Source: Candidatus Cloacimonadales bacterium (lineage in GTDB: Bacteria; Cloacimonadota; Cloacimonadia; Cloacimonadales; JAFGVF01). Taken from it: 64,000 nucleotides of DNA. Under the pieces are notes generated by a model. That model was not told where the DNA came from, did no database searches, and saw nothing but the letters and a program-made list of their open reading frames with translations. Positions 7,499 to 17,049 of the stretch are shown piece after piece. The first letter of the stretch is position 1, and every line of letters begins with the position of its first letter. Both the position numbers and the translations under genes were made by a program. The stretch is taken from contig JBAYZI010000001.1 of assembly GCA_041672585.1 (NCBI GenBank), forward strand, positions 1,014 through 65,013, read 5' to 3'.

Positions 7499-9982
7499 CT
7501 ATTTTACAACTATACTAACTAGTCTATTCTTAACAACTATTATTTTCATAATCTCTTTATCTTCAATAAATTTAACAACATTTTCCACTTCTAAAGCCAG
7601 TTTTTTTATCTCTTCTTCAGGAGTATCTGCACTAACTTCTAACTTTCCTCTAAGTTTGCCATTGACTTGCACCGCATAGGTAACTTCATCTTTTACAAGA
7701 TAAGCAGGCACAAAAGTTGGGATGCCACTCTCATGAACTAAGCCTTTTTCACCAATCATATCCCACACTTCTTCACTTACATGAGGAGCGAAAGGATAGA
7801 TTAATCTAAACATGGTGGTGTTTGCTTCAGCGAAGATAATCTTGTCATTATCACTCAAGTTTTCCGGCTCTTTAATGCTTGATACATTATTAAGATGTTC
7901 CATGATAGCAGCTATGGCAGTGTTGAATTGCAATTTCTCTTCTATATCTTCATGCCACTTCTTGAGCATAATGTGAGTAGAGAAGCGTAGCTCTTTCATC
8001 TCTTTGGAAATTTCCAAGTCAGAAGTGTAAGCTTTGTTATTAGCATGGATTATTTTACCATAATTATCAGCCTGACGGTAAATTCTATTTAAGAATCTAA
8101 AAGCACCGACTACTCCTTCATCGCTCCAATCCACATCTTTCTCAGGTGGTGAAGCAAAGAGCATAAACACCCTGATAGCATCAGAACCATAACGGTCGAT
8201 ATAGGGCTGAGGATCTACTCCATTGCCTTTGGATTTAGACATTTTAGAGCCTAAATTACATACCATACCTTGGGTAAGAAGTCTGGCAAATGGCTCATCA
8301 CTTTTCACTAAGCCGATATCACGCATAAATTTATGGAAGAATCTCGCGTAAATTAAGTGCATACAGGCATGTTCGATACCACCAATATATTGATCAACAG
8401 GTAGCCACTTTTCAGCAATTTCCGGAGAGAAGGGCATTTCTGTATTCTTAGAATCTGTATAGCGTGCATAATACCAAGAGCTGTCCACGAAAGTATCCAT
8501 GGTATCAGTCTCGCGTTTGGCAGCTCCTCCACATTGAGGACAAGTTGTGTTTACCCATTCCGGGACTGAAAGCAGTGGGTTCTGGGTTGTTTTGCCAATC
8601 TGCACATTTTCAGGGAGAATAATAGGTAAATCTTCATCAGGAACCAGCACAGTGCCACACTTCTCACAGTAAACAACCGGTATTGGATTTCCCCAATATC
8701 TCTGACGGGAAACGCCCCAATCGCGTAATCTATAAGTAGTGGTCATTTTACCCATCTTATTTTCATCAATCCAATGAGAGATCTCTTTCTGGGCAGCAAT
8801 ACTTTCTAGATCATTAAATTTATCAGAATTAACTAAGAATCCTGCTTCTGTATAAGCTTCTTGCATGGTTTCCAAGACCAAACTTCTCGCTTCATTTTGA
8901 ATAACTAACTTCATGGGAATGTCATACTTTTTGGCAAACTCAAAGTCTCTTTGATCGTGAGCAGGAACAGCCATAACAGCACCTGTTCCGTAGTCCATAA
9001 GTACATAGTTAGTTACCCAAATCTGGACTCTATCACCATTGACAGGATTAAGGCAATGCTTGCCCGTAAAGAAGCCTATCTTTGTCTGTTCAACAGAACC
9101 TCTATCTTTTTTATCTTCATTTATAACTTTATCACAGAAATGCGCCAATTCTGCACTATTCTTTTCTGTTTTAAGTAAGTTTTGAATATATTCGTGTTCA
9201 GGAGGGAGAGCCATAAAGGTAACCCCGAAAATAGTGTCAGGACGGGTAGTGAATACTTTAATCTTCTCTTTGGTATTCTCTTCTATGAACTCTATTTCGT
9301 TACCGAAGCTTTTGCCAATCCAGTTTTTCTGCATGGTAATAACTCTTTCCGGCCAATCTATCATTTTAGAGAAGTCTAATAGCTCTTCAGCGTAATCTGT
9401 GATTTTGAAGTACCACTGTTCCATCTCTTTTTGTCTGACAGAGGAACCATCACGCCAGCACTTACCATCTTCTACTTGTTCATTGGCAAGCACAGTTTGG
9501 CACTGGTCGCACCAATTCACAAAGGATCTTTTCTTATAGACTAACTCTTTTTCATATAATCTTTTAAAGAGCCACTGTCCCCACTTGTAATACTCCGGAG
9601 TGGAAGTAGCAAGTGTTCTTTCCCAATCGAATCCAAAACCCATAGCTTTTAATTGACTTTGCATAATAGCCATGTTATCTTCGGTAGCAATTCTAGGGTG
9701 GGTATGGTGTTGAATAGCAAAGTTTTCTGCCGGCATACCAAATGAATCATAGCCCATAGGTTGCAGTACATTAAAACCTTGCATCATTTTATAACGCGTA
9801 ATTGCGTCGCCAATTGAGTAATTGGAAACATGACCCATGTGTAAAACGCCCGAAGGATAAGGAAACATAGAAAGCACAAAATAGTTCTCTTTTCCCGCTA
9901 CTTCATTATCTGCATTAAACACTCTTTTCTTCGTCCAAACATCTTGCCATTTTTTCTCAAATACTTCAAATGGGTATTCCAT
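7499..9982 (-). CDS. leuS: leucine--tRNA ligase
   Basis: 827 aa with HIGH-type motif (HMGHVSNY), KMSKS motif and a CP1 editing insertion. Confidence 0.95.
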   Translation of the reverse strand: MEYPFEVFEKKWQDVWTKKRVFNADNEVAGKENYFVLSMFPYPSGVLHMGHVSNYSIGDAITRYKMMQGFNVLQPMGYDSFGMPAENFAIQHHTHPRIATEDNMAIMQSQLKAMGFGFDWERTLATSTPEYYKWGQWLFKRLYEKELVYKKRSFVNWCDQCQTVLANEQVEDGKCWRDGSSVRQKEMEQWYFKITDYAEELLDFSKMIDWPERVITMQKNWIGKSFGNEIEFIEENTKEKIKVFTTRPDTIFGVTFMALPPEHEYIQNLLKTEKNSAELAHFCDKVINEDKKDRGSVEQTKIGFFTGKHCLNPVNGDRVQIWVTNYVLMDYGTGAVMAVPAHDQRDFEFAKKYDIPMKLVIQNEARSLVLETMQEAYTEAGFLVNSDKFNDLESIAAQKEISHWIDENKMGKMTTTYRLRDWGVSRQRYWGNPIPVVYCEKCGTVLVPDEDLPIILPENVQIGKTTQNPLLSVPEWVNTTCPQCGGAAKRETDTMDTFVDSSWYYARYTDSKNTEMPFSPEIAEKWLPVDQYIGGIEHACMHLIYARFFHKFMRDIGLVKSDEPFARLLTQGMVCNLGSKMSKSKGNGVDPQPYIDRYGSDAIRVFMLFASPPEKDVDWSDEGVVGAFRFLNRIYRQADNYGKIIHANNKAYTSDLEISKEMKELRFSTHIMLKKWHEDIEEKLQFNTAIAAIMEHLNNVSSIKEPENLSDNDKIIFAEANTTMFRLIYPFAPHVSEEVWDMIGEKGLVHESGIPTFVPAYLVKDEVTYAVQVNGKLRGKLEVSADTPEEEIKKLALEVENVVKFIEDKEIMKIIVVKNRLVSIVVK

Positions 9983-10119
9983 AGCATCCTCTCATTTCGA
10001 TTTTTTCTTATTTTACTATATTTTCAAGAGATATGATAAACGTCAATGTTATTTTTTTATATAGAGATAATTAATGAAAAATTAGCTTTAATTTCCAACT
10101 ATTTTAAGGTATTTAGCCC

Positions 10120-10156
10120 AATAAAAAAGGAAGGACTATTGTCTAATCCTTCCTTT
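10120..10156 (-). terminator. rho-independent terminator downstream of the flavoprotein gene
   Basis: Minus strand reads AAGGAAGGAttagacaatagTCCTTCCTT followed by TTTTTATT. Confidence 0.55.
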
Positions 10157-10183
10157 AGGTGATGAATCTCAATTAGGAGAAAC

Positions 10184-11587
10184 TTAAGTAAAGAGCTTAA
10201 TACTTTTTTTAATGAAATTAGAATCCATGACGCTCATCATCCAATCTTCTGCAACCATTTTGTTGAGCATGGAAATAGAAGGGAAGGAGTGCATCATCAT
10301 TAGGATATCGAACATACTTTTTTTATACTGAATTGCCATTGTCCATTCATGAATTAATTCGCTAGCTGCTTCACCCACAATTGTAGCACCATAAATCTTA
10401 CCTCTTTTGTTGGTAAGAATCTTGATGAAACCTTCAGGATGACCATCAGCCACAGTTCTGCCATAAGAACTATAATCTTTCTTAACCACTTGATATTTGA
10501 TACCTTTAGCAGTTGCTTCTTTTTCAGTAAGGCCTACTTGAGCAACTTCCGGCTTGGTGAATACTGACCATGGCACAACATAATTACTACGCTTCAATTT
10601 AGGGAGATTAATTGGGCTGATAGAGTGCATTAAAGCTAGCATTCCCTGGTGCATGGCTGCATGGGAGAAAAGATTATGTCCGTTGCAATCACCAACTGCA
10701 TAAATATGCGAGATGTTGGTTCGGTTATACTCATCCACAATTATCCCCTTAGGAGTATAATTAATCTTGGCATTTTCTAATTTTAAAGGTTCTAAAACTG
10801 CTTTTCTGCCTGTAGCAACTAAAATCTCGTGCGATTCTAAGATTCTATTTTCTGTGTGAGTATAAATCAATCCATCTTTTTGCTCTATCTTGAGAATCTT
10901 CTCATTATTGAAGATACCAATCCCCTCTTTAATTAAGAAGTTCTCTAAATATCTGCCGGCTTCTTCATCACCAAGCGGGATCAAATGAGCATCCATGTGC
11001 ACAAGGTTTACCCTAGTTCCTAATCTGCTAAATGCTTGAGCCATCTCAGTTCCGATTGCTCCGCCACCAATGATGGTCAGGCTTTCAGGCATCTTCTTTA
11101 TTTCGAATAAATTTACATTTGTTAATTTTGGGACATCAGCTAAGCCCGGAATGGGAGGAATAAAAGGTTCGGTTCCAGTTGCAATAAAAATATTCTTAGC
11201 TGTGTATTTTACACCATCTACTTCCACGACTTTACTATCAAGAAAGTGGGCTGTTCCCTTACCGATTATAAGATCAACTTTTTCAAAAACCTTCATGAAT
11301 TTCTTGTTGTTGATACCACTAATCTTCTCTCTGACAACTGACATCGGGTCATTACTTCTCTGATCAAGACCCATTTCAATGCCAAATTCTTTGAGATGCT
11401 TAGCTATGAAGGTTACCTCTCCGGCTTTAAGGAGAGCCTTACTAGGAATACAGCCAACATTTAGGCACTCACCGCCAACTCTGTGTTTCTCAATTGCAAG
11501 AACATCCAATCCCATGGCTGAGCCCATTGCCGAAATTGACATTCCGGCAGGACCCATTCCAATAACTATAAGATCTTTTTTAATCAT
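10184..11587 (-). CDS. class-I pyridine nucleotide-disulfide oxidoreductase (dihydrolipoyl dehydrogenase/glutathione reductase-like flavoprotein)
   Basis: FAD fold GMGPAG, redox-active disulfide GGECLNVGCIPSK, NAD fold IIGGGAIGTE and a dimerisation domain. Confidence 0.8.
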   Translation of the reverse strand: MIKKDLIVIGMGPAGMSISAMGSAMGLDVLAIEKHRVGGECLNVGCIPSKALLKAGEVTFIAKHLKEFGIEMGLDQRSNDPMSVVREKISGINNKKFMKVFEKVDLIIGKGTAHFLDSKVVEVDGVKYTAKNIFIATGTEPFIPPIPGLADVPKLTNVNLFEIKKMPESLTIIGGGAIGTEMAQAFSRLGTRVNLVHMDAHLIPLGDEEAGRYLENFLIKEGIGIFNNEKILKIEQKDGLIYTHTENRILESHEILVATGRKAVLEPLKLENAKINYTPKGIIVDEYNRTNISHIYAVGDCNGHNLFSHAAMHQGMLALMHSISPINLPKLKRSNYVVPWSVFTKPEVAQVGLTEKEATAKGIKYQVVKKDYSSYGRTVADGHPEGFIKILTNKRGKIYGATIVGEAASELIHEWTMAIQYKKSMFDILMMMHSFPSISMLNKMVAEDWMMSVMDSNFIKKSIKLFT

Positions 11588-11609
11588 ATTATATATCTGA
11601 CCTCTAAAC

Positions 11610-11966
11610 TTATGCGTTCTTTACTAAAAGTTTTTCTATGGTTTCTTTAAATGATTTCTTTGGTAAGGCACCGGCTGCCATTGAAGGTTGTCCTTCTACA
11701 GGAATGAAAAGAATTGACGGGATACTTCTGATACCAAACATAGCAGAAAGTTCTTGTTCTTCTTCAGTGTTAACTTTATAAATATCAACTTTGCCTTCAT
11801 ACTCTTTGGATAACTCTTCTATAATTGGAGCAACCATTTTACATGGTCCACACCAGTCAGCGTAAAAGTCTATAACTGCAGGTCTCTGACCTTCAAATTT
11901 CCACTCTTTATTGTTCTCGAAATTAAATACTTTTTCTTTAAAAGTCTCTAATGTTAAATGTTCCAT
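11610..11966 (-). CDS. thioredoxin-family protein
   Basis: 118 aa with a WCGPCK active site. Confidence 0.85.
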   Translation of the reverse strand: MEHLTLETFKEKVFNFENNKEWKFEGQRPAVIDFYADWCGPCKMVAPIIEELSKEYEGKVDIYKVNTEEEQELSAMFGIRSIPSILFIPVEGQPSMAAGALPKKSFKETIEKLLVKNA

Positions 11967-12062
11967 AATTACCTCTTATTTCTGTTTTATTTAAAGTATA
12001 AACTATTTGGCGTATTATGCAAATACTATTTAAAAAGATTTTGTGATTTGTGGTTTATTAAA

Positions 12063-12103
12063 TTCGGAAGCTCTTCAAATCCCGGATTTGAAGAGCCTCC
12101 GAA
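12063..12103. repeat. 41-nt near-perfect palindrome
   Basis: TTCGGAAGCTCTTCAAATCC-c-GGATTTGAAGAGCCTCCGAA pairs at 19 of 20 positions. Its AGCTCTTCAAATCCC core recurs at 58742-58756. Confidence 0.8.
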
Positions 12104-12221
12104 GACCACGTTCTAGGAGCCTAAATGGCTATCTCGATTGGTTTTCGATTGTAAATCGTGTTGGCTGTGAGTGCTGCTAGGAAGACCCTTGTAAGGCTAT
12201 GGTTAGAGTAGCTTTAAGGCT

Positions 12222-13001
12222 CTATAAATATTCGTAAGAGTTGTATTTTTCACTAATTCGCTCAAAAGCTAAATCAGTAAGTTCCTTCCTATCACTCTCG
12301 GGGGTAACTTCTATTCTTTCTAAAATAGTTATTTCAATGAGGGTCTTTTTTGTCTTGATTAATCTCATAAAATGGGGAAGAAAAGACATATCTCCATACC
12401 AGTAGAGGTTATCTCTGTTCTTATCAGTAATTGGCTCACCATCACTGCTTACATATTTAATGCAAATAGGCAGTATCGGTTTTTGGGCTTCAATGGCTAC
12501 CTGAAACAGAGATTTCTTGAATTTTCTAAGTTGCTTGCCATCGGTGGAAGTTGCTTCCGGGAAAAGCACTACATTAAATCCATCTTTAAGAAAGCCGGCA
12601 AAATTCTTGATTTCACCCATTATCCCGGTAAACTTCTGTCTATCTGTATAGAGACTTCCGCCCAACTGAGTGATTTGACCCAGGAAAGGTGTGTTCTTCA
12701 TCTCATTTGAGGTGATGAAGAGGAAAGGTCGGACAGAAGTAAGAATTGCAATGTCAAGATAGGAAACATGATTAGAAACTACCAAGAAGTTCTCTTCTTC
12801 TAGAACTTTCCAAGCCTCGGGGTTTGTTAAGGTAATCTCAAACCCCAATAATTTCTTTATCTTAAGGCATGCTCTTGATGTATTCTCTGCGTTGCGTTGA
12901 TGTCGCTTAATTCTGTCTTTAACAAACAGCATAATAAAGCCACCGCGGGCAAAGAAGCCGATAAAGTAGCAGACAGTGATAAACAATTTTACAACAATCA
13001 T
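12222..13001 (-). CDS. lysophospholipid/1-acylglycerol-3-phosphate O-acyltransferase family protein (OlsA/GlsA-like)
   Basis: HX4D motif NHVSYLD, FPEATSTDG motif and an N-terminal TM helix. Overlaps the stop of the upstream N-acyltransferase gene. Confidence 0.75.
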   Translation of the reverse strand: MIVVKLFITVCYFIGFFARGGFIMLFVKDRIKRHQRNAENTSRACLKIKKLLGFEITLTNPEAWKVLEEENFLVVSNHVSYLDIAILTSVRPFLFITSNEMKNTPFLGQITQLGGSLYTDRQKFTGIMGEIKNFAGFLKDGFNVVLFPEATSTDGKQLRKFKKSLFQVAIEAQKPILPICIKYVSSDGEPITDKNRDNLYWYGDMSFLPHFMRLIKTKKTLIEITILERIEVTPESDRKELTDLAFERISEKYNSYEYL

Positions 13002-13873
13002 TTGGAGTATTTGTCTTTATATTTCTGATTTACACTCTGAAAATCTAGCAGAGTCAAGAAGTCAAAACATTGAAAGTCTTTATCTAAGGCAGGTTCACCA
13101 ATGACTTTAGCTCCTGCTTTAATATAGCTCTTGAGGAGAGGAGGAAGTTCATCTAACATTGCAGAGTTATCTATAGTTGGGTCGAGATGTTGTGTCTTGA
13201 TAAGTTTAGTTAAACTTTTTGATCTGAATTTCCCAATTGGTTTTACATTAGGTAAATGAACCAAATTACCTGATTGCACAAGTGCGTTGTAAATATTCAA
13301 GACATAGAGATAATCCATAGATTTAATACTGGAACACCCGAAGAAGAACCTGCTTTCTGAGGTTGTCATATATTCTGAAAGTCCCTTCCATAAGAGAGCA
13401 ATGGTCATCCCATTTCGGAATTCAGAATGCACACAAGCACGACCTAATTCGACTTTCTCGCCCGGTAAATCCACAATCGCATCAATATTGAATTCGGTAG
13501 CAGAGTAGAAACTGGTGTTGAATTTTGAACAGTTTAGGCGATATGTACCAATGAGGGCATTATCGCTTTTGTTAATAATCATAAGGTGGTCACAGAGAAG
13601 ATCGAACTTATCAAAATCTACTTCAATAAGTCTCTTTTTATTTAACAACTCTTCCAAAAAAACCTGATGTCTCAAAGTAAGAACCATTTCCAGTTCTTGA
13701 GGAGAAGAAGCAGTCTTAATGATATAATTCTTCTTATTTATCTCAAAATCTACTTTTGAAGAAAAAGACTCTATTTTCTTCTTATAGCGCGCTCTTAAAA
13801 GTGCTTTTATAATATTCTTTTGATCCACAAAATTTACTCCATATTTAATAATATATTTAGAATAAAAATTCAA
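12998..13873 (-). CDS. GNAT-like N-acyltransferase (OlsB/GlsB-like aminolipid synthase)
   Basis: Motifs GTYRL, ELGRACVHSEFR, LLWKGL and FFGCSS fit the OlsB-type family. The track start is a TTG. A GTG at 13828 preceded by GGAG plus 8 nt is an alternative start. Confidence 0.6.
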   Translation of the reverse strand: MNFYSKYIIKYGVNFVDQKNIIKALLRARYKKKIESFSSKVDFEINKKNYIIKTASSPQELEMVLTLRHQVFLEELLNKKRLIEVDFDKFDLLCDHLMIINKSDNALIGTYRLNCSKFNTSFYSATEFNIDAIVDLPGEKVELGRACVHSEFRNGMTIALLWKGLSEYMTTSESRFFFGCSSIKSMDYLYVLNIYNALVQSGNLVHLPNVKPIGKFRSKSLTKLIKTQHLDPTIDNSAMLDELPPLLKSYIKAGAKVIGEPALDKDFQCFDFLTLLDFQSVNQKYKDKYSK

Positions 13874-14113
13874 AAATAACTGTCAAGAGTTAAGAATAAA
13901 ATCTTACAAAATCTCATTTATATTTTATTTTTAGAGGGAGTCAAATATCTGTAACAGTAACATTTTCTAATAACCTACGCAATTGCTTATTGAAGAGTAT
14001 TTAATTGAAAATTTATGGAAATTAAAATTCGGTTTAGAATGATTATAATAAATTCAAAAAAAAGAATTGCAATAAAATGAATGTTTTGTTAATTGTCGCC
14101 ATAAGGAGAATGT

Positions 14114-15655
14114 ATGAGAAAAATAGTTACTTCTTTAATATTAATTTATGTTATTCTTCTAATAACAAGCTGTAAATGTAAGCAGGAACCTGAATATAAA
14201 GTTATTGATGGAAAGAGAGTTAAGATAGAAAGACAAACTAACGAATTGGTTGATAAGTTTGTTGTTTCTAAACATGCAGACTTGTTTGCAGAAATAACAG
14301 CCAGAAACTTTATAAATACCGATGATATTTTGGATATCATTGGCTCTAAGATTGGGCAAAAAGCGACTGAAACCGAGAGTAGTTGTAGATTCAAGGCTAC
14401 TATTGATACACGCGAAATAACAGAAGCGTATATTGATCTTTTCAATGCTAAATACCAAATTCAAAAATGTGCAGAAGATAGTATCAGCTATTTAGTAGAG
14501 GTTAAAAAACCTATTTTGAAAGGTGGTTCTGTGTACCAAGTGCTGACTGATCTTGGTATGGAAGCACGTCATATTGGGTATTATGCCTGGAAATTAGGTG
14601 AATATATCGATGCGACAAGTATTGATGTTGGCGACACGCTCTTTGTTGATTATTACTTAGATTCGCTTAAAGTTAAGAAATTTAATAAATTCGCCTATAA
14701 AGAAGATAAGATTTCCCTGCATGAATTCTATATTCTGGGAGAGAGAGAACTTGAATATAAGCTGACAACCTATCCTTTTGAATTAGTAGAACACTACTTT
14801 ACCGGTGAAGTAACTGAAAGCTACAGATCTCTTGATCGGGCAATGGCTAATCTGGGTATAGGACCTTTTGTCAGACAGCAAGCTAATGATGCGATTGAAT
14901 CGCAACTGGCTCTTAGTGCTGATGCACGGGTGGGTGATACTTTTGAGCTGTTGGTTCAAGAAAAGGTAGTGCTGGGCGAGATAGAACCACAAGGAAAGCT
15001 TCTCTATGTAAATTATTCAGGAAAAAGAACCGGAGAGAGAAGCGCTTTTAGATTCATTGATGATAATGAAGCTTCTGCTTATAATGCTCTCTATACAGAA
15101 ACAGGAAAAGGCTTGGTGCAAGGCAATGTGAGAACTCCGCTAAATTTAATGCATATTACATCCCCTTATGGTTATAGAATTCATCCCATTTTAGGTAGAA
15201 GAATCATGCACTATGGTATGGATTTAAGAGGCAGTACAGGAACTCCGGTTTATGCTGTAACTTCCGGAACCGTGATAAAAGCAGGCAATGCCAATGATGG
15301 TTATGGTAATGAAATTAGAATCAGGCACAGTAATGGTATGGTTACCCAGTATGCTCACTTAAGTAGAATCGATATCAGAAACAACAACTTTGTGCAAAAA
15401 GGACAAGTGATAGGGAAAGTTGGTTCCACCGGCAGATCTACAGGTCCGCATTTACACTTTGGGGTGCAAATGAATGGTAAGTGGGTGAATCCGCGAACTA
15501 ATTTAAAGATGGTGGCTGCTAATAAACTGGAAGGCGAAAGAAAGAACATGTTCTTGAAACAAGTGAAAGAACTGAAAGGGAAAGTAGATCTTACTAAAGA
15601 AAGTTATAATTTGAAACTAGCTGAAGAGACAGAATCATTGGCAATTAGCAATTAA
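14114..15655 (+). CDS. M23-family metallopeptidase (peptidoglycan endopeptidase), probable lipoprotein
   Basis: Lipobox-like LLITSC. M23 motifs HYGMDL, GTPVYA, YAHLS and GSTGRSTGPHLHF. Confidence 0.85.
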   Translation: MRKIVTSLILIYVILLITSCKCKQEPEYKVIDGKRVKIERQTNELVDKFVVSKHADLFAEITARNFINTDDILDIIGSKIGQKATETESSCRFKATIDTREITEAYIDLFNAKYQIQKCAEDSISYLVEVKKPILKGGSVYQVLTDLGMEARHIGYYAWKLGEYIDATSIDVGDTLFVDYYLDSLKVKKFNKFAYKEDKISLHEFYILGERELEYKLTTYPFELVEHYFTGEVTESYRSLDRAMANLGIGPFVRQQANDAIESQLALSADARVGDTFELLVQEKVVLGEIEPQGKLLYVNYSGKRTGERSAFRFIDDNEASAYNALYTETGKGLVQGNVRTPLNLMHITSPYGYRIHPILGRRIMHYGMDLRGSTGTPVYAVTSGTVIKAGNANDGYGNEIRIRHSNGMVTQYAHLSRIDIRNNNFVQKGQVIGKVGSTGRSTGPHLHFGVQMNGKWVNPRTNLKMVAANKLEGERKNMFLKQVKELKGKVDLTKESYNLKLAEETESLAISN

Positions 15656-15830
15656 AAGAAAGATGAAAGAAAGAATCTATCCACGGATTAAAACTAATGC
15701 TGATACGCAAACTTTTGATTCCCCTCTTCATTCGCAAAGCGAATCTCTGGAGAGGGGTGGCAGCTTGCTGACGGGGTGTGGCTCTTGAGAACTAAGAAGA
15801 CGCAAAATATTGCGTCTCTACAGCATGCAT

Positions 15831-15866
15831 TAAAAAAAGGCAGAAGTAAATTCTGCCTTTTTATTA
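15831..15866. terminator. bidirectional rho-independent terminator between the convergent M23 and metK genes
   Basis: AAAAAAA-AGGCAGAA-gtaaa-TTCTGCCT-TTTTATT, a perfect 8-bp stem with an A-run and a T-run on either side. Confidence 0.65.
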
Positions 15867-15886
15867 TATGTTTAGGTTAGTATAAG

Positions 15887-16846
15887 TTATTTATCCCAAG
15901 GAAAACCATTACCAAAATGTCCCCATTCAGCAGTTTTACTGAATATAGGTTCCTTGAGCTTTAATCTTTTAATAATAGCAGTAGGGGTTAAGTCATAACC
16001 TGTTACTGTCATCTCGACACCATCTACAATAGCAGTAGCTTGCACAGGTTCTGCCACGCCAATAGCATAAGCTAATTGGACAAAGACCTCTTTGGCTTTC
16101 TTCTCACGAAGATAATCAACAGCAATTCTACGTGCCATATAAGCAGCAGACCTGTCAACCTTGGTACTGTCCTTTCCAGAGAAAGAACCTCCACCGATAG
16201 GAATTCTTGGTCCGTAGTTATCTACTATTAATTTTCTGCCCGTAACTCCTGTATCAGCATCAAAACCACCAACTTGCCATTCTCCGGCTGGATTAATATG
16301 AAGCTTAGTATTTTTGATATCTAACTTCAACTCTTTTGCCCACTGGATTACTTCTTTGGTAAGCTTTTCTGTTTTGGATAATTGGAAACTGGCAACTATG
16401 GCAATAATGTCATTGTTTTTGAGTGTAATTTGAGTTTTACCATCGGTATTATAGATTTTGTAAAGAAATCTATTTAAAGAACGGGCAAGATAGGCTTCTT
16501 GTGGGATCATTTCTTCATTCTCGCTACAAGCGTAACCAATCATGATGCCTTGGTCGCCTGCTCCGCCTGTATCAACTCCTTGAGCTATAAAGGGGCTTTG
16601 TCTGACGATATTAACTTGCACACCAGAGTTGTTTCCAACAATCTTTCTCACTGTTTCTTGAGCATTTACGTATGCTGTGGTTGTAATTTCACCTGTTACA
16701 GTAACGACATTGTGTCCACCCATAACTTCAATAGCTGCACGAGTGTCTGGGTCTTGTTTTAAACAAGCATCCAGAATGCTATCAGCAATTCTGTCACACA
16801 TTTTGTCCGGATGCCCCGGACTTACAAATTCTGCAGTTCTTAACAT
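15887..16846 (-). CDS. metK: S-adenosylmethionine synthetase, unusually compact (319 aa)
   Basis: Motifs GHPDKMCD, GAGDQG, TGRKLIVDNYG and GGGSFSGKDSTKVDRSAAY. Start moved to the ATG at 16846 (AAGGAG plus 6 nt) rather than the track start at 16897. Confidence 0.85.
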   Translation of the reverse strand: MLRTAEFVSPGHPDKMCDRIADSILDACLKQDPDTRAAIEVMGGHNVVTVTGEITTTAYVNAQETVRKIVGNNSGVQVNIVRQSPFIAQGVDTGGAGDQGIMIGYACSENEEMIPQEAYLARSLNRFLYKIYNTDGKTQITLKNNDIIAIVASFQLSKTEKLTKEVIQWAKELKLDIKNTKLHINPAGEWQVGGFDADTGVTGRKLIVDNYGPRIPIGGGSFSGKDSTKVDRSAAYMARRIAVDYLREKKAKEVFVQLAYAIGVAEPVQATAIVDGVEMTVTGYDLTPTAIIKRLKLKEPIFSKTAEWGHFGNGFPWDK

Positions 16847-17049
16847 TTGCTTCTCCTTTGTTTTGTTCCAAAGGTAGGATACGGTTTGATATTGCATTAA
16901 CTAATTTTCTTACTTAATTAGCACTTTATTTCACACTTAACATTAATAAGTGTTGGCAGTTGCAAAAAGGACAAATCATTCTACCTATTTTTCATGACAA
17001 GATTAATCTTCTAATTAATCTGTCAAACAATAAATGGGAAAACTAATTA

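Noticed and set aside
12372-12710. 112-aa plus-strand ORF, and similar antisense ORFs inside leuS, lon, the EBP gene, dinG and the flavoprotein gene
   Set aside because: Each lies inside and antisense to a CDS with strong family motifs. None has an independent RBS or recognisable motifs.
15663-15788. 41-aa plus-strand ORF in the M23/metK gap
   Set aside because: It is composed of the nested hairpin sequences, has no SD site, and its open frame is explained by the repeat content.
16847-17049. SAM riboswitch upstream of metK
   Set aside because: Read on the minus strand, I could not find the conserved SAM-I, SAM-II or SAM-IV core elements. Only a weak 6-bp hairpin is present.
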